Shown here piece after piece: positions 9,134 through 19,892 of a DNA stretch of 36,466 nt. Made by a program: the position numbers and the translations under genes. Every line of letters begins with the position of its first letter. Within the stretch, counting starts at the first letter, position 1. Source of the DNA: a virus (Duplodnaviria; Caudoviricetes). Location of the stretch: IMG/VR virus record IMGVR_UViG_3300020045_003272, positions 1 through 36,466 of that record; one strand, 5' to 3'. The notes beneath the pieces were generated by a model. It was not told the origin of the DNA. It was given only the letters and a program-made list of their open reading frames with translations, and did no database searches.

Positions 9134-9817
9134 ATGACTACTGGTTTAGAGATTATAACTAAGGCAATGCAGAAGGTGGGGATTTTGATTAAATCAGAGT
9201 CCCCTGCTTCTGATGAGGCTGCTGACGCTTTAGATGCGCTTAATGATTTGATTGCATCTTGGTCAACAGAATCAATGCTTATATACGCAAGGACATTAGA
9301 AAGCTTTACGCTTGCTGGTGGCACTTCATCTTATACGATTGGTTCTGGGCAGACATTTAATACAGTTAGGCCATTAATGATTATTGATTCATATATTAGA
9401 AACAGCACAATTGATACGAATGTAGCTATAGTACCAGATGAGGTGTTTGCAAATATTACAAATAAGACAACTCAAGGAATACCTGAGTTTTTAAATTACG
9501 ATAACGCCTTTCCAACTGGAACTATTAAGTTATGGCCAGTTCCAAGTTCGGCTTATACGTTATTTATATCGTCAGAAAAAGAATTATCATCATTGACTCT
9601 TGCAGGAACGGTTTCATTACCAGCAGGATGGAAAAGGGCCTTGATATATAATTTAGCTTTAGAGCTTGCGCCAGAATATGGCCAGTCAGTTGATGAAGCT
9701 ATTTTAAAACATGCTAATGAGTCAAAGAGAAATATAAAGGCTACAATAATGAGAAATAGAAGTATGGATGCAAACGCGACTCCTTCTCTTGGTTTTAACG
9801 TATATTCAGGTTATTAA
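9134..9817 (+). CDS. Head-tail adaptor, P22 gp4-like
   Basis: II..A...G.L...E.P...E..DAL..LN.L...W and AL.YNLA.ELAPEYG motifs; upstream of the gp10-like gene. Confidence 0.85.
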   Translation: MTTGLEIITKAMQKVGILIKSESPASDEAADALDALNDLIASWSTESMLIYARTLESFTLAGGTSSYTIGSGQTFNTVRPLMIIDSYIRNSTIDTNVAIVPDEVFANITNKTTQGIPEFLNYDNAFPTGTIKLWPVPSSAYTLFISSEKELSSLTLAGTVSLPAGWKRALIYNLALELAPEYGQSVDEAILKHANESKRNIKATIMRNRSMDANATPSLGFNVYSGY

Positions 9818-11217
9818 TGAAGATAGGATTAGTAGGGCCGACATATCAAGCTAATAGCTTACCTTTTGATGCTCAAAGGACAGTAAACCTATATCCAGTT
9901 TTAGACCAAATGGGTAAAGAAACGTCGGCATTATATGGTACGCCTGGATTGTTATTATTTGGAACGGCTGGTGTTGGTGCAGTTCGCGGAATGTTTGCCG
10001 CTACTAATGGACGTGTATTTATAGTTAGTGGTTCTACATTCTATGAGATTGATAACGCTGGAGCGGTAACTAATTACGGTGCGATGTTACAAAGTTCCGG
10101 AATAGTTTCTATAGCAGAAAATGGGCTCCAATTGTGTATTTGCGATGGCACAAAATTATATACGTTTACATACTCATCAAACGCCTTTGCGGTGGTAAGT
10201 GACGCTGATTTACCTTCTGTTAGTACAGTTACATTCCTAGATGGATATTTTATAGCAAGTAAGAATAGCTCGGGAGCATTTTATATCTCAGCTCTTTATG
10301 ATGGTACTAGCTGGGCTGCATTGGATTTTGCAACAGCAGAATCAAGTCCTGACAATTTATTAAGAGTTTACAACGCTTTAGGTCAATTATGGTTAATGGG
10401 TGATACTACATCTGAAGTATGGACAAATACAGGAGCTTCAGCATTTCCATTTCAAAAAATTGCGGGTGCTAAAATTGAAACAGGAATACTTGCGCCACAT
10501 ACTACAGTGGCATTAGATAACTCTTTATTCTGGGTTGGTAAAGACGGATTTGGGCAAGGAATGGTTTATCGTGCATCTGGATTCAGTCCCACTAGAATAT
10601 CAACAGAACCTATTGAGTTGTTAATCCAAGCGGCTACTAATACCGATGAAATTAGAGCATATGCGTATCAAGACCAAGGGCATGTGTTTTACGTCTTAAC
10701 AGGTGGTGGATTAGAAACAACTTTAGTTTATGACCTTACAACAGAGCAATGGCATGAAAGAGCGTACTTAAATACTGAAGGAGTCTATGAACAACATAGA
10801 GGCTCTTGTGGTGTATTTGCATTTGGTAAACAATTAGTCGGTGATAGAGAAAATGGCAATATCTACCAATTAGACATGGATACTTATACCGATAATGGCG
10901 ATGCGATTCTAAGAGAAAGAGTTTACACTCATTTATCTGATGAAGGTAAATTCATGCGGTTTAAATCATTAGAGATAGCTTTTGAAACTGGTGTTGGTCT
11001 TCAAAATGGCCAAGGTTCAAATCCATTAGTTGCACTTCAATTAAGTAAAGATGGGGCAAGAACATGGTCAACTACCTTTACAACAACAATCGGAGCGGTA
11101 GGACAATATCTAACATCGGTGATGTTTAACCGTTTAGGTATCGCCAGACAGATGACATTTAGGATTAAAATATCAGACCCTGTAAAAGTAGCAATTTGCG
11201 GGAGTTATTTATTGTGA
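9817..11217 (+). CDS. Tail hub / packaged-DNA stabilisation protein, P22 gp10-like
   Basis: LYGTPGL, FATAESSPD, TLVYD..T..WHER, S.DG..TW, RLG.AR...FR...SDP motifs. Confidence 0.92.
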   Translation: MKIGLVGPTYQANSLPFDAQRTVNLYPVLDQMGKETSALYGTPGLLLFGTAGVGAVRGMFAATNGRVFIVSGSTFYEIDNAGAVTNYGAMLQSSGIVSIAENGLQLCICDGTKLYTFTYSSNAFAVVSDADLPSVSTVTFLDGYFIASKNSSGAFYISALYDGTSWAALDFATAESSPDNLLRVYNALGQLWLMGDTTSEVWTNTGASAFPFQKIAGAKIETGILAPHTTVALDNSLFWVGKDGFGQGMVYRASGFSPTRISTEPIELLIQAATNTDEIRAYAYQDQGHVFYVLTGGGLETTLVYDLTTEQWHERAYLNTEGVYEQHRGSCGVFAFGKQLVGDRENGNIYQLDMDTYTDNGDAILRERVYTHLSDEGKFMRFKSLEIAFETGVGLQNGQGSNPLVALQLSKDGARTWSTTFTTTIGAVGQYLTSVMFNRLGIARQMTFRIKISDPVKVAICGSYLL

Positions 11218-11639
11218 TTCAACCTCCGCCAATTACAAATCCTGTTGTAGATGAAAACCAAGTTGCAACAATGCCTTGGGTTCTATTTTATAATCAATTA
11301 TTTACAGGTGATGCTGGCACTAGTTGGACACCTACATTTACTAGTTTAACAGAAACAGGAACTGCAACAATAACAGGTAGATATTATAAACTATCACAAT
11401 ATCTATGTTATTTTAATGTAACTGTAACCCCTGCAACTGATACAAGTGCGGTAGCAGGTACTACTTATATTAATAATTTTCCATTAACGGCTTCGGCCAA
11501 CGGTATATGTTTTGCAGTATCGGGTAATCTCGGCACAAACTCAGGAATGGTTGTAGCTAGTAATAATCGCATTTATGTACCCACATGGACTGCTGTAACA
11601 GTTCCAGTAACGGTCATAGGTTTAGTTGAAGCAAATTAG
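11214..11639 (+). CDS. Putative tail needle/tail tip protein (gp26 position); probable GTG start at 11214
   Basis: GTGA overlap with the gp10 stop; PPP..P.VD....T.PW..F N-terminus; synteny. Confidence 0.55.
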   Translation: MIQPPPITNPVVDENQVATMPWVLFYNQLFTGDAGTSWTPTFTSLTETGTATITGRYYKLSQYLCYFNVTVTPATDTSAVAGTTYINNFPLTASANGICFAVSGNLGTNSGMVVASNNRIYVPTWTAVTVPVTVIGLVEAN

Positions 11640-11648
11640 GGGTATATT

Positions 11649-12671
11649 ATGGGCTGGGGAAAACCGTTTTCAAAAAAAGGCTGGGGAACACAATTAGCTA
11701 AACTAGGCGCAGTTGGTATAGGTTCGATATTCGGCGGCCCTGTGGGTGGAGCTGCGGCTGGTGCTGCTGTTGGCGGTATGGGTGGCGGTGGAATAGGTGG
11801 CGCTCTAGGTGGCGGTGCTTTAGGTGGATTAGGCGGAATGCTTTTAGGGTCGGGAGCTGGTTCAGCATTAGGCGGCGGTATGCAAGGTGCTACGCAGGGG
11901 TCTGGATTACTTGGTGGGTTAACTGGTGGTTCAAGTGGATTGGGTAGTTTGTTTGGTGGTGGTGGCGGCCTTATGTCTATGCTTGGTGGCGGTTCTACTG
12001 GTGTTAGTACAGGCGGAAGCATGGGTGGACTCGGAGGGTTATTCGGTGGCGGTTCTGGAGGATTAGGCAGTATATTAAATATAGGCTCGTCGTTGTTAAG
12101 TGGTGGTATGCAGAGCAACGCCATTAATAAGATGGAAGACCAAAAGTTGGAAATGGAAAGGCAGCGTATGGCGCAACTTCAGCCATATAACGTATCTGGA
12201 CAAGCTGCGAATCAAGCATTAGCTGGTAAATTAGCAAGCGGTGAATTGGGCGGAGCATTTAATCCAGGAGACTTAACTAAAGAGCCAGGTTATCAATTTG
12301 ACCTACAGCAAGGCGAACAAGCTTTGGGACGTAAACAAGCTGCAACTGGTAACTATTTTTCTGGACAAGCTCTAAAAGAGGCTCAAGACTATGGTACTGG
12401 ATTAGCTGATAAAACTTATGGTAATGCGTACCAAAGATGGTTGCAAAATCAACAAAATACCTATAATATGTTATCTGGACAATCGGCTCAAGGTATTAAC
12501 GCTGCAACTGGTGTTGGCAATATTTACAGTGGTATGGGCGACGTATCCGCAGGTGCTACTGGTGAGAAGAGCAATACACTAAATCAAACTCTTGCTGCTT
12601 TGTTAAGTGGGAGCGGTGCGATAGGTCAGAAAAGACCAACGGTTATTAATGGTCAGGTAGTTTATGTCTAA
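11649..12671 (+). CDS. DNA ejection/pilot protein (gp7-like) with a long Gly-rich N-terminus
   Basis: Gly-rich hydrophobic leader; PGYQF.L.QG.QAL...SGQALK...YG.GLA motif; synteny. Confidence 0.75.
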   Translation: MGWGKPFSKKGWGTQLAKLGAVGIGSIFGGPVGGAAAGAAVGGMGGGGIGGALGGGALGGLGGMLLGSGAGSALGGGMQGATQGSGLLGGLTGGSSGLGSLFGGGGGLMSMLGGGSTGVSTGGSMGGLGGLFGGGSGGLGSILNIGSSLLSGGMQSNAINKMEDQKLEMERQRMAQLQPYNVSGQAANQALAGKLASGELGGAFNPGDLTKEPGYQFDLQQGEQALGRKQAATGNYFSGQALKEAQDYGTGLADKTYGNAYQRWLQNQQNTYNMLSGQSAQGINAATGVGNIYSGMGDVSAGATGEKSNTLNQTLAALLSGSGAIGQKRPTVINGQVVYV

Positions 12672-13632
12672 TATATTCAGTAATTTAAAATCATTAAATG
12701 ATTATCGCAGAGCGGAAGAAGAGTTTAATATCCGCAAGCAGGAAGCTATGCAAAGAAGTGCTGGCTCTGCTCCCGCAGCTTTACAATTGGCTAATGAATA
12801 TCAAAAGCGCATTGCCGCAGGTGATATTGAAGGCGCTAATCTATTATCACAATTTGCCAAGACGGTTGATAGAGGACTGCAAGTAACTCCAGAAGGTACT
12901 TACGCTCCAATGCAAGGATACGGCGAAGCTGTTGGTGGTATTGCTGCTGCCAAGAAGGGTATGGAAACACAGGCTCAGAAAAATGTCGAGCTTCAAATGA
13001 ATCCTGCTATTGCTGGCGGTGAGGCTGGCGCTAGACAAGCACAAGAAGCGGCGTTTGCTCCTAAAATTGCAGAAGGTAAAGAAATAGGAAAAGCTTCTGG
13101 ATTGAAGATAGCAGAGAAAGAAAGTAGAGCAGCAGGTGCTCCTAATCAGTTAATGTTAATTAAAGAAGCGCGAGCTTTACTACCTAAAGCTACTAGCGGA
13201 TTATTACAAACAGGTATGCGTGGCGCGGCTAATATTGCTGGTGTCAGTACCGATGCAAGTAAAACGGATAGACAATTACAAGTATTATCTGCGGCTTTAA
13301 CTGGTGCAGTACCGAGATTTGAAGGGCCGCAAGGTGTGTTAGATGTTCAGTTATATAAACAAGCTGCAGGTGATGTAGCTAATCCTTTAGTGCCTGATGA
13401 AGATAGGCTTGCAGCTTTAGACACAATGGAGAAGTTACAGAATAAATACGCATCTGCTGTAAATACTCAAAACGCTCCCTCGCAAGCGGAAGCGGCGGCC
13501 GAAGTATCACCAGAATTATTAAATGACCCTTACGAAAAAGCGCGTATAGCTATAGACAATGGTGCTAATAGACTGCAAGTGGAAAAGCGGTTAGTTGAAA
13601 ATGGTTTAGACCCTAGAAAGTTGGGATTATGA
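12664..13632 (+). CDS. Putative DNA ejection protein (gp20 position)
   Basis: Ala/Gln-rich helical protein; VPR.EGPQ...D motif; synteny. Confidence 0.6.
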   Translation: MSNIFSNLKSLNDYRRAEEEFNIRKQEAMQRSAGSAPAALQLANEYQKRIAAGDIEGANLLSQFAKTVDRGLQVTPEGTYAPMQGYGEAVGGIAAAKKGMETQAQKNVELQMNPAIAGGEAGARQAQEAAFAPKIAEGKEIGKASGLKIAEKESRAAGAPNQLMLIKEARALLPKATSGLLQTGMRGAANIAGVSTDASKTDRQLQVLSAALTGAVPRFEGPQGVLDVQLYKQAAGDVANPLVPDEDRLAALDTMEKLQNKYASAVNTQNAPSQAEAAAEVSPELLNDPYEKARIAIDNGANRLQVEKRLVENGLDPRKLGL

Positions 13633-15035
13633 AAGATATAAACTTTGATGATTTAGTGCCTAATAAGCCGGTGGCTAATGAATTATCATTTGATGATTTA
13701 GTGCCACAACAGACTGGCTTTACTGCGGATATGAGAAAACGCGGTGCAGAATTAGCTAATATTATACAGAACGTAGATAATCAAAACCTAGGTTCGCGTG
13801 CTTTACAATTAGCTGGTGGTGTGGGTGGAACAGTTGGCGATGTTGTCGGTGCTGGTATATCAGCAGCACAAGCGGTTAATCCAATGATGAATCTTGCAAA
13901 AGCTGTTATTCCTGAGCAAGTGCAGCAAGATGTATCGGGTATGATTGCTAAGCCAGTTCAGGCTTATGAGCAAAACTTACAAGCATATAATGCTGCAAAT
14001 CCTGAAGCAGGTAGAAACTTGCAAGCTATTAGGGATTTAGGCAATTTACTTCCTATGAGTAGCGGGCAAGTTAGGGCTGGATTAAAGCAAGCTCCCGCTT
14101 TAGGGGAAGAAGCTGTAAGAGGATTAGGTCGGGGGGTTAGAATAGCAAAAGAAACTATTATCCCAGCAAAATCGCCAATACCAACTGCGGATGAAATTAG
14201 AGCTTTATCAACTCAATCATATAATAGAGCTGAGCAATTGGGGGGTAATCTAAAGCCTGATTTTACAAATAAGGTTGTGGATACTGCGCAATCTATATTG
14301 CCAAAAGACCCGTATGCAAAAATTGGTCGTGGTAAGACTGTTAGTGATGAATTTGCGGAAGAGTTAAAACAATTCCGCGACCAGCCTATGACACTAGCGA
14401 ATGCAGAAGCGTTAGATAAAAATCTAACAGAAAAAATTGCGGGAACATATGATGTTAACAAGCGTGGACATTCAGCGGCAGGTAAAGAGCTTATAAAGCT
14501 ACAAGATGAATTTAGAGAAATGATAGAAAAAGCTGATGAATCTATGGTTATTGGTACTAAAGAAGGTTTTGATTCATATAAACAAGGTGTTAAGTTGTGG
14601 GCGGCCTCTCGGAGAATGGATGATATAGAAGATATATTCAAACGGGCAGAAATGACTGATAATCCTGCCACTTCTATAAAAACTGGTTTTCGCACATTAG
14701 CTATGAACCCAAAGCGGATGAGGGGTTATACACCAGAAGAGGCTAAGTTAATAGAAAATGCTGCGAAATCAGGAGTAACTACGGATTTATTAAGAACTTT
14801 CGGTAGCAGATTATTGCCTATAGTAGTAGGGGGAGCTGGTGGCGGACTGGGAGCAACTGCTGCTGCTTCGGCAGGTTCTATCGCTTCAAGAGGTATAGCA
14901 AGCAGTATGCAGGCGAAAAGAGGCGAAAAGGTAGCGCGAGAAATAAGTAAACGGGTTAAAATTCCAAAAGAAGTATATAATCTACCACCAGAAGAAGCAA
15001 AAGCGGCAATTAGAAAATTAAGGGAAAGCAAATGA
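13629..15035 (+). CDS. Putative DNA ejection protein (gp16 position)
   Basis: Repeated FDDLVP at the N-terminus; helical body; Gly/Ala hydrophobic C-terminal segment. Confidence 0.6.
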   Translation: MKDINFDDLVPNKPVANELSFDDLVPQQTGFTADMRKRGAELANIIQNVDNQNLGSRALQLAGGVGGTVGDVVGAGISAAQAVNPMMNLAKAVIPEQVQQDVSGMIAKPVQAYEQNLQAYNAANPEAGRNLQAIRDLGNLLPMSSGQVRAGLKQAPALGEEAVRGLGRGVRIAKETIIPAKSPIPTADEIRALSTQSYNRAEQLGGNLKPDFTNKVVDTAQSILPKDPYAKIGRGKTVSDEFAEELKQFRDQPMTLANAEALDKNLTEKIAGTYDVNKRGHSAAGKELIKLQDEFREMIEKADESMVIGTKEGFDSYKQGVKLWAASRRMDDIEDIFKRAEMTDNPATSIKTGFRTLAMNPKRMRGYTPEEAKLIENAAKSGVTTDLLRTFGSRLLPIVVGGAGGGLGATAAASAGSIASRGIASSMQAKRGEKVAREISKRVKIPKEVYNLPPEEAKAAIRKLRESK

Positions 15036-16936
15036 CAGCAGTATTAATGACTCCTCCATATTTACAATTCTTTGATGCTAGTGGGCTTCCGTTGGCTGGT
15101 GGTAAAGTTTATACTTATACTGCAACTGGTACATTCTCAACAGCAAAAGCAACGTATACAACCGCTGCTGCAAGTGTAGAACATCCAAACCCAGTAATAC
15201 TTGATTCAGGTGGTAGACCAACTACTGGTAATGGTTCTATTTGGATGTCGGGAACATATGATATTGTAGTAAAAGATTCTAATGATGCAACGATTGAAAC
15301 CACATTAGGAGTGACTGCGTTTACAACGCTTTCTTCTTCATCTACAGCTTATTTTGAGTCATTTAGTGGCACAGGTTCACAAACTGCATTTACTACATCT
15401 AGTAGCCTTGGAACAGACGAAAAAGCCATTTATGTTTGGGTTAATAGCGGACTAACTAACGTTGTCACAAATGGAACATTCGCAACTGACACAGGCTGGA
15501 CAAAGGGTTCGGGATGGACAATAGCAGCAGGAGTAGCTACTGCAACTGGGGCAATATCTACCGCGATAAGCCAGACGGCAGCTATTACTTTAGTAGAAGG
15601 TCAGGCCTATAGAATAACGTATACAATAACACGTTCAGCAGGTGGATTAATACCTTCAATTGGTGGAACAAGTGGAACTGAACGTACTGCAAGTGGTACG
15701 TATAATGAAGTTATAGTTGCTGGAAGTTCACAGACTATTGCTTTTACTGGTAATGCTTTTACTGGTACTCTTGATACAGTTCTTATAAACGTAGCAAGCA
15801 CAGCAGGATACGAGATACAAAACCCTTCGGCATATACGATAAGTGGTACAACGTTAACATTCGCAACTGCTCCAGTAAGTGGAACTAATAATATTTATGT
15901 TTCTGCGCCTTCATTACTTGTAGGAGCTGCGTCAAGTTCAGCAGCAGATGCGGCGGCGAGCGCTGCGGCGGCATTAGCTAGTGAAACACAAGCAGGGGTT
16001 TACGCAGGGCAATTAACTATAGTTTCTACAACAAGCTTGGCTATTGGCACAGGTTCAAAAGTGTTTACAGTAGCTTCTGGTTTAGCTTTAGAGGCTGGAC
16101 AATTTATACTTATAGCAAGTGATGCTTCACCGACTGTAAATTATATGTGGGGCGTAATAGCTAGTTATTCTAGTACGACTTTAACTATTACAGTAACTGC
16201 AACTGGTGGAAGTGGAACTCTTGCAGATTGGACTATGTATCTAACAGGTGCGAGGGGTGCGACTGGAGCAACTGGGTCAATAAGTGATTTTACAGGAGTA
16301 GCTACAGCTACAGCAGCAACTGGTGACTATCTTGTTTTCCAAGATATTAGTGATAGTAATTTAACTAAAAGAGATACTGTTGCAAACTTATTATCATTAG
16401 CTTCGGGAACGCTTGTCTTGCTGCAGGCGCAAACGGCGAGCACATCGGCTTCAATAGCTTTTAGTTCTACATATTTAACAACGACTTATAAACAATATAT
16501 ATTTGAGTTAATAGATGTAGTTGCGGCAACTGATAACGTAAGTTTAGGTATGGTAGTATCTGAAGATAACGGCTCGACATATAAAACAACCAATGAGTAT
16601 AACTACGTAGGTTTCGATGGGGTTAGTAGTTCAGCTACACCAGTTACTACAGTTGGTTCGTCATCAACTAGTGTTATAATATCTCCAGTTGGTAATATAG
16701 GCAATACTGCTGGCAGGTCATTATCTGGGCGCGTTATAGTGTATAATCCATTAGGAACTGCGGCGCATAAATTATTCTTATATGATACTACATGTGAAGA
16801 AAACGCTGGTGCTAATGCACATAGGAGAGGTAGCGCAGCTTATAAGGGCACTACTAACGCTATTAATAACATTAAATTTACATTAAGTAGTGGCAATATA
16901 ACATCTGGAACATTTAAATTATATGGGGTTCTATAA
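15032..16936 (+). CDS. Tail fibre/spike with N-terminal virion-attachment domain and inserted CBM-like domain
   Basis: QFFD..G.PLAGGKVYTY...NPVILDS.GR N-terminus; mosaic beta domains; ..SGNITSGTFKLYGV C-terminus. Confidence 0.85.
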   Translation: MTAVLMTPPYLQFFDASGLPLAGGKVYTYTATGTFSTAKATYTTAAASVEHPNPVILDSGGRPTTGNGSIWMSGTYDIVVKDSNDATIETTLGVTAFTTLSSSSTAYFESFSGTGSQTAFTTSSSLGTDEKAIYVWVNSGLTNVVTNGTFATDTGWTKGSGWTIAAGVATATGAISTAISQTAAITLVEGQAYRITYTITRSAGGLIPSIGGTSGTERTASGTYNEVIVAGSSQTIAFTGNAFTGTLDTVLINVASTAGYEIQNPSAYTISGTTLTFATAPVSGTNNIYVSAPSLLVGAASSSAADAAASAAAALASETQAGVYAGQLTIVSTTSLAIGTGSKVFTVASGLALEAGQFILIASDASPTVNYMWGVIASYSSTTLTITVTATGGSGTLADWTMYLTGARGATGATGSISDFTGVATATAATGDYLVFQDISDSNLTKRDTVANLLSLASGTLVLLQAQTASTSASIAFSSTYLTTTYKQYIFELIDVVAATDNVSLGMVVSEDNGSTYKTTNEYNYVGFDGVSSSATPVTTVGSSSTSVIISPVGNIGNTAGRSLSGRVIVYNPLGTAAHKLFLYDTTCEENAGANAHRRGSAAYKGTTNAINNIKFTLSSGNITSGTFKLYGVL

Positions 16937-17226
16937 TGAAAAAAGTAATTAATACTAGTGGAATTCAAATCGAGGTTGATGCTTCAGTAACTACTAAAAT
17001 GATTGATGGCGTTCACTATTTGTTAACGCCAGAAGAAGAGGCTCAGGAAGTAATTAAAAGTGTAGAATGGCAAGCGGGCGAAGTTAAGCGCAAAGCATTA
17101 CAGGAAATGGAACGATTAGAGGCTGAAATAACCCCCAGACGTTACAGAGAAAAGATTTTAGGAATTGGCAACGGGTGGCTCGCTAGACAAGATGCTTTAA
17201 TTGCAGCAGAACGCGCTAAATTATAG
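16936..17226 (+). CDS. Putative tail fibre assembly/chaperone protein
   Basis: LTPEEE...W; LE..ITPRR.RE...W....D..IA..R motif; directly after the fibre gene. Confidence 0.55.
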   Translation: MKKVINTSGIQIEVDASVTTKMIDGVHYLLTPEEEAQEVIKSVEWQAGEVKRKALQEMERLEAEITPRRYREKILGIGNGWLARQDALIAAERAKL

Positions 17227-17234
17227 GAATTAAC

Positions 17235-19892
17235 ATGCAAGAATTAGATGACCTATTAAAAGGTGTTGGAATTGATAAGATAGATAATCTCTTCGAGATT
17301 CCTATCATGTTTCAGGGAGAGCGCGGGGAAAAAGGCGATAAAGGCGATAAGGGAGATAAAGGTGATTCCATAAAAGGCGATTGTGGAATGGATGGCTGTA
17401 ATGGCATGGATGGTCGTGACGGTGTCGATGGTATTAATGGAAATGATGGTCGTGATGGTTTAGATGGGGTTTCCGTAGCAACTGCTATGGTCAATTCTAG
17501 AGGCGAATTAATCATTCGTAAATCAGACGGTGAGAAAATCAATGCTGGTATTGTTAAAGCTAATGATGGAATTTCAATTGACCAAATTGAAATTAATGAA
17601 TCAGGCGAATTGCTTATTAGTAAATCAAATGGCGAAGTTTTAAACCTTGGTATTATTAAAGGTAAGGACGGAACAAGCGCCCAGTGGGTTGGTAACGCTT
17701 ATACTGAATTGAAAGAGTTAGAAGACGTTGCTATATCCTCCCCTACTAATAATCAGGTATTAACCTATAATTCAACAACAAGAAAATGGAATAATGCTAC
17801 AGGTGGCAGCGGTTCATCTGCCTTCGCTGACCTCACAGCAGGCACAAACACAACTGCTGCAATGGTCGTGGGTACTGGTGCTTCTTTAGATACTAGCGGC
17901 TCAGGTACAATTGCAGCAACATCAACAACTGCTTTAAAATCGGCCACTACTACGGTAAATGTATCGTCATCCACAGCACCAACAGTTGGTCAGGTTCTAA
18001 CTGCAACTAGCGGTACTGCGGCAACTTGGCAAAACTCTGGCGCTGGCTCGGCGTTTAGCGCTTTAACATCAAGTACAAACACCACAGCAGCGATGGTGGT
18101 AGGAACTGGCGCGTCCTTATCGGCAACAGGTTCGGGAACTATAGTTGCGACTAGTACAACGGGCAACGCAGCTACAGTTACGACTAACGCAAATTTAACT
18201 GGCGATGTAACAAGTGTTGGAAACGCTACAACTATTGCCACAGGCGCAATTGATATTGCTATGCACTCTGCGACTGGAACACCGAGTGCTTCAACTTATT
18301 ACAGAGGCGATAATACTTGGGCTACGGTTTCGGGTGGTTCGTCTGCTTTTAGTGATATTACATCTGGCACTAATACAACTGCCGCAATGGTAGTTGGCAC
18401 AGGTGGTTCATTGGCAGCTACTGGTTCTGGTACAATCATAGCAACTAGCACGACTGGAAACGCTGCGACTGTTACAACTAATGCTAATTTAACAGGACCT
18501 ATCACGTCCGTTGGTAATGCTACAACCATAGCTGATGCAGAGCTTGCAGCACTAGCTGGATTAACATCCGCAGCAAATAAAGTTCCAATGTTCTCTGGCT
18601 CTGGTACGGCTACAGTTATTGATTTTCTTGATGAAGATGATATGGCAAGTGATAGCGCAACTGCTGTACCTTCGCAGCAATCTGTGAAAGCTTATGTTGA
18701 TAATAGCATTACTACTTATTCATTACAGACTTATATGTTTGCTGATATCGCTTCAAGTATCGGCGGGTATTATCAAGCGGTAAGTTTATCATTATATACA
18801 ACGGCTGCGGTTGAAGTTATTCCTGTTGCTCTTACAACTACGCCTGCGGTTATGGCTAGTATTGCAACAAATGCTAACTTTCCAAATATAACGTCAATAC
18901 CGATTGGAACTATAACGGTTCATTATGATACGCAAAAGGCTGCGGGTTCAAATAATTATTATACATATGCAGAAATATATAAGCGTGTTTTAGCGGGTAC
19001 TGAAACACTGCTTTTAACCACAGATGTATCAGCATCCACAGCGGTTAATACTGTTGTTAGCACGACTGTTACTGCGGTCAATCCTTCGGTTATTACACTA
19101 TTATCAACTGATAGAATTGTAGTAAAAGTATATGGTGTGATGGTATCTGGTACAGCCACGGTTGATTTACGCATTGATGACGCTACAAGCGCAAGACTTG
19201 AATTGCCAGTTGTTGCAACGAATGCAAATCTTGTACCGTATACAGGAGCATCGCAGAATGTTGACTTAGGTTCATATAACCTTAATACAACTGGAGTTAT
19301 AACGGGTGTTGGCACAGGACTTTCTGGAACGGCCGCGAGTTTAACGGCTGGTAATGTCACGACCAACGCAAATCTAACAGGGCATATAACATCTACAGGT
19401 AATGCTACTGTATTGGGTTCGTTTACATCGGCGCAATTAGCCACAGCTTTAACGGATGAAACTGGTTCTGGTGCTAACGTGTTTGCTACATCACCAAGTT
19501 TAGTTACACCAGCCTTAGGGGTTGCTACATTTACCAGTTTAAACGGTGGCACGATTGGTGATTCCGCAGTTGTAGCAGTACAGGGATATAGGCCAGTTAA
19601 TGCTCAAACAGGAACGACATATACGTTAGTTTTAGGCGACGCTGGTAAACTCGTCACGTTATCTAATGCCGCCTCAATTGCTTTAACTATTCCTGCGAAT
19701 GCTTCAGTTGCTTTCGTGGTTGGTACGGAAATAGATTTATTATCACTTGGTGCTGGAATCGTAACGGTATCTATAACAACAGATACATTAAACTCAAGGA
19801 ATAGCAAAGTTACACTTTCGGGACAATATTCAGGTGCTACGTTACGTAAGATAACTTCTACGAGTTGGGTATTAGTTGGAGATTTGGCATAA
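17235..19892 (+). CDS. Collagen-repeat, mosaic long fibre protein
   Basis: GXY run (GERGEKGDKGDKGDKGD...GRDGLDG); 3x SAF..LT..TNTTAAMVVGTG.SL; 3x VTTNANLTG..TS.GNAT; C-terminal NAQTGTTYTLVL.D...W.L.GDL domain. Confidence 0.85.
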   Translation: MQELDDLLKGVGIDKIDNLFEIPIMFQGERGEKGDKGDKGDKGDSIKGDCGMDGCNGMDGRDGVDGINGNDGRDGLDGVSVATAMVNSRGELIIRKSDGEKINAGIVKANDGISIDQIEINESGELLISKSNGEVLNLGIIKGKDGTSAQWVGNAYTELKELEDVAISSPTNNQVLTYNSTTRKWNNATGGSGSSAFADLTAGTNTTAAMVVGTGASLDTSGSGTIAATSTTALKSATTTVNVSSSTAPTVGQVLTATSGTAATWQNSGAGSAFSALTSSTNTTAAMVVGTGASLSATGSGTIVATSTTGNAATVTTNANLTGDVTSVGNATTIATGAIDIAMHSATGTPSASTYYRGDNTWATVSGGSSAFSDITSGTNTTAAMVVGTGGSLAATGSGTIIATSTTGNAATVTTNANLTGPITSVGNATTIADAELAALAGLTSAANKVPMFSGSGTATVIDFLDEDDMASDSATAVPSQQSVKAYVDNSITTYSLQTYMFADIASSIGGYYQAVSLSLYTTAAVEVIPVALTTTPAVMASIATNANFPNITSIPIGTITVHYDTQKAAGSNNYYTYAEIYKRVLAGTETLLLTTDVSASTAVNTVVSTTVTAVNPSVITLLSTDRIVVKVYGVMVSGTATVDLRIDDATSARLELPVVATNANLVPYTGASQNVDLGSYNLNTTGVITGVGTGLSGTAASLTAGNVTTNANLTGHITSTGNATVLGSFTSAQLATALTDETGSGANVFATSPSLVTPALGVATFTSLNGGTIGDSAVVAVQGYRPVNAQTGTTYTLVLGDAGKLVTLSNAASIALTIPANASVAFVVGTEIDLLSLGAGIVTVSITTDTLNSRNSKVTLSGQYSGATLRKITSTSWVLVGDLA

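Noticed and set aside
11636-12124. 162-aa Pro-rich minus-strand ORF
   Set aside because: Antisense shadow of the Gly-rich (GGN) codons of the ejection protein; no RBS or operon context.
8324-19400. Repeated segments in structural genes as a diversity-generating retroelement or invertible cassette
   Set aside because: No reverse transcriptase or invertase; differences are not adenine-specific and all copies are coding.
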